Assembly (NCBI RefSeq): GCF_009834535.1
Contig: NC_045708.1
Location: forward strand, 55,676,001 to 55,740,000
Length of the DNA stretch: 64,000 bases
Direction of reading: 5' to 3'
DNA from: Camelus ferus
Taxonomy: Eukaryota
The translations under genes were made by a program, and so were the position numbers. Positions 51,447 to 64,000 of the stretch are shown one piece after another. Position 1 is the first letter of the stretch. Every line of letters begins with the position of its first letter. The notes under the pieces were generated by a model. It was not told the origin of the DNA. It made no database searches and saw nothing but the letters and a program-made list of their open reading frames with translations.

Positions 51447-52329
51447 TTCAGTTTTGTTCTAAGTGGTCTAGAGTCAGCTTGGCACACTACTTTTGTGCTC
51501 TCAGATGTCAGTTCCCAACATCTAAAACTGGCTCTTAACTAAGCTATACATACCTACCTCATATACATTTTAACAAAAAAATGAATATTGTGTCAGACAT
51601 TGTGCTAGGTACTAGGAGTGCCAAAAAGTTACTACTCTGATCACCTGTATAGGTCAGAGAAAATTCCCCCGAGACGATGACCTGGCCCTGAGGGATGAGG
51701 GAGGAGTTCTTTAAGGACAGCAGAAGGAAGGTGAGCAAGGGGAAACTAGACAGGAGGCAGTCAGTCTGGACAGAAGAAGCAGAACAGCAAAGATGTAGGG
51801 ACGGAGAGCAGAAGCTGCAACTGGAAAGCAGCCCAGCAGAGCTGGAGTCCGTATTTGGGCAGGTGGTGGGTGTGGGGGGGTGGGGGTGGGGTTGGAGAGG
51901 AAGAGGCAGGAGACAGGAGATGGCAAATTGGTTCAGATTGTGAAAACACACTGAATACCGCGTTAAAAGATATGGACTTTTTGGGGGGCAAGTGCTCAAT
52001 CACTAATTCTTGTGCCAGGCACTGTTTTCAGGCACTGCAGGTACAGAGATGGAAATTCCGATTCTTGTTGAGCTCTCATTTCATTTATTTCTGAAGTCTT
52101 TTTTTTTTTTTTTTTCAAAACAGAGACCCAAATAACTCTTGTGATAGTAGAGAAGACAGAAGGGACACTAGCTCAGCTGTGAAAAATGGTCAAAGCTGGA
52201 GAAGGTAAGAACTAAACGAAGTCACAACAGTGACGGGAAAAGAGAGTTGATAAAAGAACTTAGCAAAAGAACTTGTAAGTCTCCCAAGAAACAACATTTT
52301 ACTTTTATAAAATTATAGAACAATTTTAC

Positions 52330-52479
52330 CTTAATTTTGTCAATGTAATTATCTTCTCTGTGATTAAAGACTTCATGGGCTCCATTCTGCAAAACAACTC
52401 TTTGTCCTTCCTCAGTACCGGCCGTGCCCAAAACCTTTAAGCCATAAGCTCTAGCAATCTGGCACGCTGCTAGTCCAAC
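52330..52479 (-). CDS. CRYZ: CRYZ coding exon 6 (150 nt): [50 protein letters not shown]
   Basis: Contained in ORF 52222..52530(-); CAG acceptor, GTAAAA donor; QOR/zeta-crystallin signature region. Confidence 0.97.
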
Positions 52480-52619
52480 CTGAAAAACACAACAGAGCCC
52501 AGCGGTTTTAGATTCTTTGCATCCTTGCAAACAACTTATTACACATATATAATGAGCTTAAGGTTCTTCTAGGTCCTGGCTTATTATTAAGAAATTTAAG
52601 AGTCTAAACAAAGAAATAA

Positions 52620-52830
52620 GAAGAATGACAGCTAACTTTTGTTGAGCATTTATGATACGCCAGGTATCACACTGAATACTTTTCTATGGATTGCTTCATT
52701 TCCTCCTCACAATAATATGAAGTAGGTAGTGTTATTGTGTCTGGTCCACAGATGAGGAAACAGAAACTTCTATAGGTGGAAACAGGAGCTGGACCAAGTC
52801 GGACTGGAGAGCTTGAGTTGGTAGCCAATG
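52620..52830 (-). mobile_element. MIR (representative; similar MIR/L2 relics at ~130-380, 5290-5480, 13740-14120, 17290-17470, 22920-23100, 25540-25700, 26900-27100, 38450-38690, 45960-46200, 61380-61510)
   Basis: Core motif ACAGATGAGGAAACAGA and the TTGAGCATTTA…GCCAGG flank typical of MIR. Confidence 0.7.
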
Positions 52831-54003
52831 CACTAGATGTTTACTTAGCATCTGCTGTGTGCAGAAGACATGGGGTTTAAAGATGATCCAAATATGCTGA
52901 CTTATACTCTAACTGTACATATAAAATACTATACAATAAACATAAGGCCTCTACCATTTAAGTGGAAGAGACAGGTCCATACATGGGCAAATTAATTTGT
53001 TCATTAATATGATGAACATTTATTGTTTACTACATGCTAGACATGGTTCTTCATGCAAGAAACAGTCTATGGAAGGGGGAAGATAATCAGCACGTGAACA
53101 AATCAATGAATAAAGTAAATTCAGAAAATGAAAAGTACTTGAAAAAAAATAAAACAGCCTACGCGGTTATAAAGAGACAGAAAAGGGGCCCAGTTAGTCA
53201 TCAGGAAGGGCCAGGCCACTCTGAGGAGATGGCACTGGGACAAAGTGAGGGACAAGCGCGTGGAGGTCTGGAGAAGGCTGTGGGCAAAGTGGTCGTGGAC
53301 CCGGAGAAGCGGGCGTGAGCCTGGGGCGTTCAGTCAGAAAGGCGCCTAGAGGGTGGAGGGTGGGGCGCGTGGCGTGCGTGAGAGAAGATGAGGCCAGAGG
53401 GGCGGAGAGGCAGAGGCACACAGGGCCTTGGAGGCTCTGGATCATATTTAAGAGCTAATGCAGAACTACTGGAGGGTTTTAGCAAGAGTGGTGTGATCTG
53501 AATTAGGCTTTTAAAAGAACACTCCAATTACATGAGAAGCAAAAAGAAGGTGGGGGAAAATGGGAGCAGGAAAACCAGGCCTTTGTCAGAGACTGAAGGT
53601 GGGGGGTGAGGGAAAGGGGAGGGTCTTTGACCAGATTAACAGAGACGAGGAAGATTCCAGGGGATCAAGTCTGTGAGCGCGTCAGGAATTGACTTGAACA
53701 CGCTGAGCTGCAGGCTGCTCACTTAGCTGAAGCTGCTCAGTCATCAGCTGAATGTGGGTATGGGCTTGAAAGGGCTCAGGAGTGGAAACATGAATTTGCA
53801 ATTCATCAGTTAGAGATGGTATTTACAGCCACAGGACTGGATGAATTCACTGGATCGCTAGATAAATGTGCTTAGTATAAAGGAGAAATAGAACTATTTT
53901 AGGAATATAGATAAAAGCAATTACTTAAGTTGCAATACTAGGAAATATGCGTTTGATCACATGCCAAACGAATAGCACAGATAAGTGTCACATACATTTA
54001 GAG

Positions 54004-54220
54004 CAAGCTTTCTCAAAACCTGGCACTGTTAGGCTGGGTAACACTTCGCTGTGGGGGCTACTCTGCATTGAAGGATGTTTAGCAGCATGCCCAGTTTCCG
54101 TCCATGGGACACCAGACCCCTTACTCCAGTTGTGACGGCCAAAAATGTCCCCAGACAACATCAAATGTCCCCAACAGGGAGGAGAGATGATAGAAAGTCA
54201 CCCCTTGTTGATTACCACTG
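54004..54220 (+). mobile_element. MER20 (hAT-Charlie) in CRYZ intron 5
   Basis: Diagnostic CCAAAAATGTCCCCAGACA…AAATGTCCCC; 8-bp TSD ATTTAGAG/ATTTAAAG. Confidence 0.85.
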
Positions 54221-56417
54221 ATTTAAAGGAAAGCAAAATCATTATGGATTGGGTGTGATAGAAATGAATCAGAATGAAAAATGATGACAGAAACTAATTA
54301 AAATTGCAACAGAATCACAGACTCCCAGGCTGGAAATAGACCTGAAAGACTGTATGGCGTATGGGAGCGATGAGCCCGAACCCAGTTGGGTTATGGTGAG
54401 GATTTGTTTGATTCAACCAAATACATGGAACGCACTGTCTACTAAGTGAGAGAGGCACTCGGTTCCACGGAGTAAAAATACACTGCAGGGTTAGCACAAC
54501 TGATTTTTGCTACTTTAATTTTCAGTTTAAAAAAAAAGGAGGGCCTCTAATAAAACCACATTTTAACCTAAGAGTTGATGTAAATATATCTCTTCATGCA
54601 CTGACTACTTTAAGGGGTCACTCAATAGCCATTTAAAAGGCGCTGTTTATTCTATTCTTGTCAACAATTATACTAACACTATTCCTTCAATAGATTATAT
54701 ACCGTTATGTGTCAACTATTTTTCCCCTCTTTATTTCGCTGACACTAAAATTGGGCACTCCCCACCAACATATCTGGATAATAGCTGTGTCCATAAATTC
54801 CACACCATTTTAAATACACAACATAATCCCAAAGGAATGTGATTCAAATGAGGGCGGAAAGTACAAACAGAAGCAAGGCAAAACCCAGGACTGTTTCCCT
54901 TCGATAGGGCAGAGAGGATCAGAAGCGCTTCACACACCAGGTCGCCAGCCTATCCCCGCCAACCAAGGATTTAACAAACTCAGCCAGCAGAGAATAGTGT
55001 GGATTTTGCCTTTTGAAAAAAATTATGGTGAAGCGACCCGGCTTTTTACCAGAGGGTGAAGGGAATAAAAAGAGATTTCCTTTCAACTCCTCTCTCCCCT
55101 TCCTACTGAAATCCGTCCCTTTGATACAGAGCAGGAGGTTAGCTCTCTGAAAGCCAAAGCAATTTAAATAAGTGCATGTTTGACAGATCTTTTAGTTATT
55201 TAGGGTTAAATTAAATTTAACCCCAAAATAGCCTCTTTTGTGAAGCTAAACAGTAGGAGCTTCTGACAAGGTGTATCTGTCACATTTTCTCAAGCCCCAC
55301 AAAGATAACCTTGGTATTTCTCAGTAAATACCCTGATCTGTGGCATCCCCTCAGAACTGGTCTGTTGGAGCTACACAGGAAGCTGGCGTGAAAGCTGTTT
55401 GGTTTCATATGCATCCATGTAAAGTAACGAACACAGGAGTCTGAATTCTCTGCTTGCATTATCTGGCCACCTGTAGAGGTAAATTCAGTTTTCAGGATGC
55501 CTCTCATTATTCCAGGGACAACGTGCCATTAATAGGTTAGTTCTTCTCATCTACTCTCTGGATGCACAGGGCTCTGAAAGGGTTAACCAGCTTCCTCAGG
55601 TAAGCCATCCAGCCCTAGGCCCTGTATTTTAAAAAAGCGAACTCTTGTCTCCAAAATTTCTAAAGCCTCTGCGTGCAGGATAGAGGTCATGGGGATTTCT
55701 TGTTAAATTCCAACCTCAGAGCTCTAACTTTTCCTCTAAGCTCCTCAGAGGTGGATTGACAGCCAGTTTCTCGAAGAGGTTTTCTGACAGCCCTGCGTTG
55801 GGTGATTTCACCGAAGGGCTGATTTTATAAGTTCTGAGTCCCCTCACCACCCCCAATCCCCCATTAGCATTTTAAGCTGTGGGTTGTGGTGTTAAGGACA
55901 CAGTCATATACTGTGCACTCCACGAACTGTCATCAAAGCGCAGCAGGCGAGCGGCGGAAGGGAGCTAGGAAGGACGAGAACTCACAGTGCGGCTTCACAG
56001 TGCTGTCTGAGGCAACGGAGGTAAAGCTTTAATGAGCCTTAGTTTCCTTATCTAAGGGAATATGGAATTTATATGGACCTTAAAGAACTGCTTAAAATTC
56101 TAAATAAATATTCTGAGAACATTTGCTACTTGGAGAGAAAAACAAAGCCAGCTTATCTTGGTCCACACCCAACCCAGGTGGAAAACCTAATATATACCCT
56201 TTTGATGGGGTAATCTGTTGGATTTATTAACCAAGAAATGCTAATGACGAGGAATCACCTTCAGAAGACAGAATTTAAAGAAGCTTCGCTACAAAAAGAA
56301 AAAAAGCATCCTTGACTATATTTATAAATTTGGCTTTTAAAAACAACTTAAAGAAATATAGTATAAAACCCAAAAAGTAAGCTCTTTAAAAAATAAACTT
56401 AAAAATAAAATACTTAC

Positions 56418-56469
56418 TCCTCCACTAGCTCCGTGAACCAGAACACTTTCTCCAGCTTTCGCGCAGGCA
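56418..56469 (-). CDS. CRYZ: CRYZ coding exon 5 (52 nt): ACAKAGESVLVHGASGG, start of the NADPH-binding glycine-rich motif
   Basis: CAG acceptor, GTAAGT donor; completes the split Ser codon from exon 4; not in the ORF track because it is short. Confidence 0.96.
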
Positions 56470-57696
56470 CTGAAAAAGAGAGCATAGGTTCGTCACCTTA
56501 CTCTAGAGCTAATTAAGCTCGATGTTTGTCATACTCCTTAAGGAAATTCTACCCTCAGTTCAGCTAACACTTCCCCAGAGAGGAATCCCATTCTGCCATA
56601 CAACCCAAGATATTCTGTAAGCACCACAGGATCAAACAATGGTTCATCAGAGCCATAGAGCGAAGAAAACCTTCAATTCATTTATTCATTCAAAAGTGTT
56701 TACTGGGAGTCTGTTAGGAGCCAGGCACCGTGCTGGATGCCAGGACCACACTCTGGTGCCACATTCTAAGAGGACTCGTAGGTACATGAAGTGGAATTGC
56801 TTAACCTAGAGGAGCTGGAGTCTCTCATTCATTCACCCAGAAAGTGTCTCAAAACAGGGTTATCACAGCTCAGTCTTCACTCCGTGCTCCAGTCACACCC
56901 AGGTAGGTACAGCAGCTCCCCTTTCCTTCCCCATGCCTTTGAGCATCTGGCTGCACAGCCTCGAAGCCTCATTTCGGAAAGCAGTGCTGAGTTAGCGATG
57001 GTAAGAGAGTGAGAAATACAGTAAATCCTGTCACCCAGGTTCCCCTGTCACCCCTGAAATGTCCAGAGCCTCTGGTAAATGACGTATCCTTTTTACCTCT
57101 GGTTCACACGACGACTTTTCTATTACACTGAAAACAAGGAACGTGCAGCCAGCAGAGAGGGGACGCTGCGTCGTTCCAGATGGACCAGTGCTGGTGGCAC
57201 AAGCCGGCAGAGGCTGTGTGGTCCAGGTGTGACTCTCAGGGAGGATCCTCACTGACTAGGACGGGCAGGGGTGGCCACCCTGGATGGACATTACGCTCAG
57301 TGTGGGAGTGAGAACACAGTCACCTGGGGTCCCGCGCAAGGCCGGGTGCCAACAGCTGACAACCGCCCATTGTTTGAGTGAGGAAACGAAGTTTCTCCAA
57401 CACACTTGCATGGAGGCGGGGGTAGATGGCAATGAGTTAAACAGGATTTGGAACGATCAGCTGTGATAGCTATTACCAAAACACTGACATTTAAAGAAGT
57501 AAAATACAAATGTAAGGAACAGGACCACTAATGGTAGCCTATGGAATAGAATATACCTCCTAATGATTTTTTTTTTCAAATCTAAAATGACCCTTCAAAC
57601 ACTAAGCACATTCTCCTGCAGTGGGTGGAGAAGAAGCTGACTAACCCTCTCCCCAGTTGCCTCGGCTATGATGCCTCTATCCTTGGGTAGAGTCAC

Positions 57697-58055
57697 TATG
57701 ATGGCTAATTTTATGTGTGAGCTTGGCTGAGCCATGGTGCCAGATATGGGTCAAGCTTTCTTGATGAAGGTGCTTTCTGGATAAGATGGACATTTATGCC
57801 AGCAGACTTTGAGAAAAGTGGATAATCTTCCATAATGTGGATGGGCCTCGCCCAATCAGTTGAAGGCCTTAATAGAACAAAGATGGACTCCTGGAGCAAG
57901 AAGGGATTCTGCCAGTAGACTGACCCCAACTCCTCTTGGGCTCTCCATCCTGCCGGTCTATCCCCTCAGATTTTACACTCACTGAGTCTCCACAAATCAG
58001 TCCATCAATGCACATCTTCTGCTGGTTCTGTTTCTCCAGAGAACTGTGACTGTCA
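57697..58055 (+). mobile_element. MLT2D-like (ERVL) LTR in CRYZ intron 4
   Basis: TATGATGGCTAATTTTATGTG start; GGGCCTCGCCCAATCAGTTGAAGGCCTTAATAGAACAAA block. Confidence 0.75.
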
Positions 58056-58329
58056 CCTCCCCCTGGGACTCAGGGCAGCCGTCGGGCATCTGGCCCGGCC
58101 TCCTGTGCTGCTGGAGTACCCTCTCCTGTCACCCAAGACTGGGACCCAGCCCGTAGGCTTTCTCTTCCACCCCAAACCAGCCCCAGTCTGGAGATTTCCA
58201 CATGCACAGACGACAACCTCGTAGCACAATTCCTGGATTCTCCCCCACTTTTACTGCTCTCTCCCCGGGCTCCACCTGGTAACCACCCCAACCATTCCAC
58301 TGTCAGACACTGGTAACTAGTATTATGAC

Positions 58330-60420
58330 AGTAATCTCCTGTCCTGACTCTAAGCCCATTTTCCTCAAAACCTTCCTTCCACGTCCCAGAGGTCACTGTC
58401 TCCCGATGGCTCTGTTTCTGCCCTCTCACCCTCCTGGCCCCACGCCCTTCCCAGCCAGCCCATGCCCCACGGCACACTGCCCCTACTTCTCTCCCTCCCT
58501 GTCTCCAGCACTCTCATTTCCTTTGCACTATTTCATTTTGCCAGTAATATTCCAGCCCTGGATCAATATGAAAGTCTAACTTCCTTGATAATTTATCCAA
58601 ATGGCTGAGTGCTATAGAAAAAAATCACACGACCATGCATTTTGTTGCCACTCCCATTCCGACTCTCAGGAGATCTCTTTGCCTCCTATTTAACTATGAA
58701 AAGTGAGGCAATCACATCTGAGTTCCCTCGACCCCACACCTCCCAACCCACAAACTTTCCATAATTATACCGTCTTCACCTCTTCCAGGTTTAACAGATG
58801 AGCTCTCCTTTCGTTGTCTGAAGCCAGTCTTTCTACGTAGGTCCTGAGCCCTCTGCCTCTTGCCTTTGCAGGATCCTGTTCCGTCCGCCACTCCGCCCTT
58901 GCTTCCAAACCTTCTATCCCCCCCTCTCTGCTAGATCCTCTCTCAGCTACAAAAATGTCCAAGTCCTGTCCATCCTTAAAAAACACCCTTTTGTTCCCAC
59001 ACTCTCCTCAAGTACTCTTCCACCCACTCCTTCCCATCTCCCCCACTGTTTAAGGGTTGTCTCCATTCAAGAATCAATTTCCAGAGGAAGGATATAGCAC
59101 ATGCTTAGCATGCACAAGGGCCTGGGTTCAATCCCCAAGTACCTCCATCAAAAAATAAATAAGTAAACCGAATTACCGCCCCCTCTAAAAGAACACATTT
59201 CCTTTTCCTTCCTCAATCCACTCCCTCAAGTTCACCACTCTACTGAAAATGATCTGACAAAAGCCACCAATGACCTCCAAATTGCAAAGCCCAACTGCTA
59301 TTTTTTTTTTTCCCAAACAGACCTCACTGATGCAAGTGACAGCTAGCTTTCCTCCTCAGTAGCAACATCATCACGACCCCCGGCCACTGTCCATAGTGAC
59401 TGAGCACTTCCCTGTGCCAGGCTCAGACAAGAGCTTTACGTACATGACCTCAGTAATTCCCACCACATCCCTATGAGGTACGTGCTGTTCTGATCCATGG
59501 TTTTCAGATCAGTAAACTACAGCTGAGATAGGAAAGTAACTTGAGCAGTAGCTGGGGAAGATGGTACTCCAACCCGGGTCTCCTGTCTTCAATGCCCATG
59601 AGCTTAACAGATGTTCAACAGACACCACGACCGCTAGACTCTCCTGGCCTTGGGATCCACTTGGGATCTCCAACCTTCAAGCACCAGACTCTCATCCAAC
59701 AGGGAGCTGGATGTCTTAGATTCACTACCATGTCTTAGATTCACGTCCAAAACTGCACTCAGTTTCCCTGTGAAACTTCTTCCTCCTTCTCTTTGTCAAG
59801 GTAAACATCACCCACGTTACTGTAAGTATTCTTAAAGCTCTTCCTCTTCCTCATTCTCCACATGCAAACAATCACCAAGTAGTTCTGGTTTTGCTCCCTA
59901 AATATTTGCCCTTTCCACTCTACCTCTTCTCCCATGACCCCTACTCTGGCCCTTAAGTCTCTGGCCTAGAGGGTACTTCTGTAGGACCCTCCCATCTCCT
60001 TCCCCATTCCTGTCATCAAATCCACCCTCCACAAGGCAGGCAGGTGGCCTTAAGAAAACACAAATATGACACTATCACTCTCCTGCATTAAGCATTTCAT
60101 GACCCCCAATCCCTTACAGAACAACGTGTGAGCTCTATAGTCCAGCGTGTTACAACCTGCAGCCCACCTACTTGATAATGACAGCTAACACTTCTTGAGA
60201 GATTACTATTTTCCAACCTTATTCTTCACTCTTTGCCTTGAAATCTTCTATCCAACAAAACCAAACTGCCAGAGCTCTCCTCAGGTATCACACTCCCCCC
60301 CCACCGACACCAGCAATTCCCATGGTCTAGGATGCCCTCCTCAGTCCCAGCTGACTCCCCAAGATAACCCCCTCTGACCCTTTGCAGATACCTAGAGAAT
60401 TCAACGAAAGTACAGATACC
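58330..60420 (+). mobile_element. Long fragmented L2 tract with nested Vic-1 SINE and MIR
   Basis: C/T-rich L2-type sequence ending in the L2 3' region; boundaries approximate. Confidence 0.55.
59083..59188 (+). mobile_element. Second Vic-1-type SINE with A-box deletion
   Basis: ATAGC[deletion]ACATGCTTAGCATGCACAAGGGCCTGGGTTCAATCCCC; imperfect TSD AAGAA(TCA/CAC)ATTTCC at 59069 and 59189. Confidence 0.75.
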
Positions 60421-60913
60421 AGCCATGGAATCTGACCAGCGCGTCTAGGGTAGGGCCATGTGCTGTACTTTCACGTTGCAGCAATTAGCTTCTACTGCCG
60501 AATAACAAGATTTTTGAACCACGGCTTTAAAATAATGCAAGTCTTACATCGTGTAAGGAAGCTCTACCTCATCCCCACAGCCACATCCCTTGCGACCCCA
60601 TAAACCCCTATGCACATCTCTTCCACTGTCCTGCCCACATCATACATCAATATTACTACCCTTGCTAGACTGTGAGCACTTTGAAGGTGAAGACAGTGTT
60701 CTGCTCTTCTTTGTATCTTCAGTGATTAGAACAATCTCCCAAATTAGAACCGTTTCTACTCCATAATGCTTAACGGTAACTGAATGGTAACCAAAAATGA
60801 CTGACAGATGGGTGGACAGGTAGCACGAAGGATAATAAATTATATATTATCCTCCTCCAACTGACACTGCCCTCCTCTGGCGCTGGTTATAAAGCTGACC
60901 GAGTGTGCATTAC

Positions 60914-61077
60914 CTGTGGAGCAGAGCGCGATAGGCCGTGAAGTACGGGACGCCGATGGCAGCTCCTTGCTGGAAGTCCAGCTTCTCCGGCAGCTTGTAA
61001 ACGGTGTGATCGGCGGCCAGCGCGTACTCGGCATAGCCGCCCGAGACCGTGCTGGTGGTGAAGACTCTGTCACCTTT
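60914..61077 (-). CDS. CRYZ: CRYZ coding exon 4 (164 nt; human numbering): [55 protein letters not shown]
   Basis: Manual minus-strand translation matches zeta-crystallin/quinone oxidoreductase; CAG acceptor at 61078-61080, GTAAT donor from 60913; length and phase fit the next exon. Confidence 0.97.
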
Positions 61078-63284
61078 CTGGGGAGAGCAGTAAGGCAGTA
61101 AATGCTTCAGGGATTAGAAATGATGTCCACATGGGCACCATTCTTTATAGTGCAACCTTTAGAACAAGAAATAAGTATTTATGTATGGTTTTCTGCATCG
61201 TAAGGTCTCATAAAAATTATTTCAAAATACTGAACATTTTTAAGTGTTTTATTAATGGGAACTAGTAAGAAGAAAAATCAAGGGAAGGGGGGAAAACAAG
61301 AAAAGAGAGAACCTGCCGGACGGCATACCGACAACAGAGCCTCACCTCCCCCGAGGGCTTGCTGGGCAGGTGCGGCAGTAATGCCTCCTATCACCTGATT
61401 TATCTTCACAACAGCCTCTGAGGTTGGAACTTCTATTATCTCCCTTAGATAATCCCACAATACAGATGAGGCACATGCAAGTTCAGTAATTGGCTCAGAT
61501 CAAGCAGTTAGTAAATGGCAGTTAATATAGAACATTTTTCTTTTTTTTTTTTTTTTTGGTCGAAAGTACTAGGGAAAAGAAATATAATGTAAGGTTTCTT
61601 CCACACACCAAACACCTGTTCTAAATCCTTTTCACAGATTTCTTCCTGCATTTCTCTCACTTTTCATGCATACACCAAAAAGCAGGCCATTCTGCCCAAA
61701 TCCTGACAGCAAAGATCAGCCAGGACAGGCATCTTCGCTCATCCCCGCACCAGCAACACAACAAACTCTAGTAAACGCCTGCTGGGTCCTTGCTATTGAA
61801 AAGCAGATGTGCAGCTGAGGGAGGGAAGTCACCACACCAGCACCACAGGCCTGCGCGATGTGCCTGCGCGCTAGGGAAGTTAGGCCGCCCAGTACAGACA
61901 CGTCCTCCAACTCCTCCTTCTTGAAAAAAGAAAAGTGAATATTCCTTGGACTAAGCAAAACATTAAGACAGCAACTCTCCATATACTTAAATTTGTCCTA
62001 CAATAAAACACGATGTGGTGGGCTAAAGATAAGAAAGATTCATAAGGCATCTTGGAGTCAAAGACAACCATCCCTGTTTAACGGCGTTGCCTGCAAGTCG
62101 TCAAACGTGACTGTGTTAAGATTAATCCTGTTTTTACAGCTTAAAAACACGTTGCAGTGATTTCAATATAACTCAAAAGTGTTCTAAGACTCCTCTGTGG
62201 AAAGCAGTACTTTGAGTTCCGTGGTGGATATTTATAGCAAGACACTCTCCCTAATCTCAAGCTTCTTAAACTCCAGGAGAGAGAAGAGAAGGATGGGAAT
62301 AATTACAAAGCAAGGCAAAGATGAGGAAGCATCAAAGATAGGTAGAAGGAAAGGAAAGGAATTGTTTCTAAGCTGAAGGCATCAAGAATAGCCTCACTGA
62401 GACGCTAGCATCTGAGGCAGGCCTTGCAGGACGGGACAAGATTCTGAAAACTAAAGCTGGGAAGAGTCCTTATGGGCGAAGGAACGAAAGTGAGAAAAGG
62501 AACAGTGGCAGGAAGAAGTGCTGAGAGATCACCGGCGTTCACTCCCGATGAGTAAGTGGCCTGATGCGTGGACTGTAATAGTTTCAAGAGATAAAATGAA
62601 AAGAAATTAAAGCTGGAGGATAAAATCCCTTGAATCCATATTTATAAGTTTCAGTTTAATTCTGCCAAGAAGAACCAATACGAACAAAGACACAGCTATG
62701 AAGGAGCATAGGATGTGCAAGGGAAGAACCAACAGTTATTACTAAAGAATAAGCCACAAGTTGAGAGGGGATGGGAGATAAGGATGGAGAGAGAGGTGGG
62801 AGAGAGCGCGCAAAACCGTCTTCCTTCACAACAGGAGCCGTCTCAACAACACCCAGAAATCTACAAGGAATTAACGCAAGAACTAAAAGAGAGGTGTGAA
62901 ACAATCAGAATTACACTTGAGAAAATCACTGCTTATAGAGCAAGAACAGACTCGAGGGGGAAGGAGGGCGGGTGGAAAGGTGAGTGTCTATCGCCGAAAT
63001 CCAGGGGAGAGGCTGTGGAAGAGAACCTGTACTCAGCTACAGGCAGTGAGGAGGGAAGGGGGCAGGACGCAGTCCTGGAAAGGGAGAGGTGGGCAAGGGA
63101 GAGCGACGAGATGAGCCTCAAACCCCAGATATCACCGAGGCAGTCACAGGAGACAGCAGCAGATCTGAGGTGAGAAAAGAGAGGCTCAGTTTTGGTCACG
63201 GGGAGTCAGAGGTCCCTGGAGACAGACTGCGTGGGTCCCGTGCTCTCCAGCGCAGCTCTGTGTGATGAGGCTGGCGCTCCACAT

Positions 63285-63438
63285 CTGCACTGTCCAGTGG
63301 GGCAGCCACCAGACACATGGGTCTGTTAAGCACCTGAGGTGTTGCTAGCATGACTGAGGAACTGAGTTTTTAATTTCAATTGAATTTGAATTTTAAATAG
63401 CCACGCGCGGCTAGTGGCTACTGTATTGGGCAGCACAG
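63285..63438. mobile_element. MER3 (hAT-Charlie MITE)
   Basis: CTGCACTGTCC…GGGCAGCACAG inverted termini; internal GACTGAGGAACTGAGTTTTTAATTT. Confidence 0.8.
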
Positions 63439-64000
63439 GTCCAGAGCTTAGAAGAGTCTAAATCTCTAGTGATACTTAGTATCATGGTGACAATGGAAAC
63501 CACGGGGACGAGACCATCACGAAGAAGGTGTAGAATATAAAACGCAGAGTCTAATTAGGCACGGTGTACACAGCAACACCAAGATGTGAGGCGCATCCAG
63601 AGAAAAAAAAGAAAGGGTGCCCAGAGAGGAAGGAGGCGAGAGAATGGGGGAAAATGAGGTCACAGAAGCTGAAGGAAAAGTTTTTTTTAAAGAAAAAGTA
63701 AGTGGCTGAGTGTCAGGTGTCACAGAGGAGTCAAGAGAGATAATGACATAAAAGGGCCCCTTGACTCCAGCAATACAGAGGCCATTAGCGACATTAACAA
63801 GCCTCGTTTCCACGGAGCGCAGGGGGCAGAAGCCAGATTGCCGCGGGGCGCAGGAGAGGAAAGCCGCAGGAATTCGCCCGTCTTCCTGGGCAGGGGCCAC
63901 GTTCATCTTCTCCGTCTCAGTCCAATTTTGGTAAATGTGCTGCCAAAGTTGAGCAGGTCAAGGAACGACGAGGAAAGATGCCAGAATGTGAATATACGAT

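Noticed and set aside
52222-52530. 102-aa ORF as a standalone gene
   Set aside because: It is CRYZ exon 6 plus read-through into the flanking introns
61078-64000. CRYZ exon 3 (VLIKV…AFK)
   Set aside because: Searched by eye on the minus strand and not found; it lies beyond the window edge
1-64000. CRISPR arrays, rRNA genes, operon-like or defence systems
   Set aside because: Eukaryotic intron/intergenic DNA; no regularly spaced repeats or prokaryote-like gene clusters seen

Overview
Mammalian genomic DNA, almost certainly camelid: two tRNA-Ala-derived Vic-1-type SINEs are present and the CRYZ residues match the llama-type protein as I recall it. Two genes lie on the minus strand. (1) CRYZ (zeta-crystallin / NADPH:quinone reductase): coding exons 4-9 at 61077 to 50074, all with canonical splice sites and intact frame, plus the 3'UTR. 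Exons 1-3 lie beyond the right edge. (2) ERICH3: CpG-island promoter and first coding exon (ATG at 15754, MSYSHPAG). The left ~15.7 kb is ERICH3 intron 1. The rest is intronic/intergenic and transposon-rich: a near-full-length Tigger1, L1/L2/L3/MIR fragments, an ancient RTE-clade LINE relic, ERV1/ERVL/MaLR LTRs and hAT MITEs. The N-runs all appear to sit in transposon protein-coding segments and look like masking, so the X-filled ORFs are artefacts. I found no convincing new biological system. The most unusual signal is CRYZ exon 4, which is far richer in CpG and GC3 than the other CRYZ exons. Repeat family names come from recalled consensus sequences and need RepeatMasker/Dfam confirmation.
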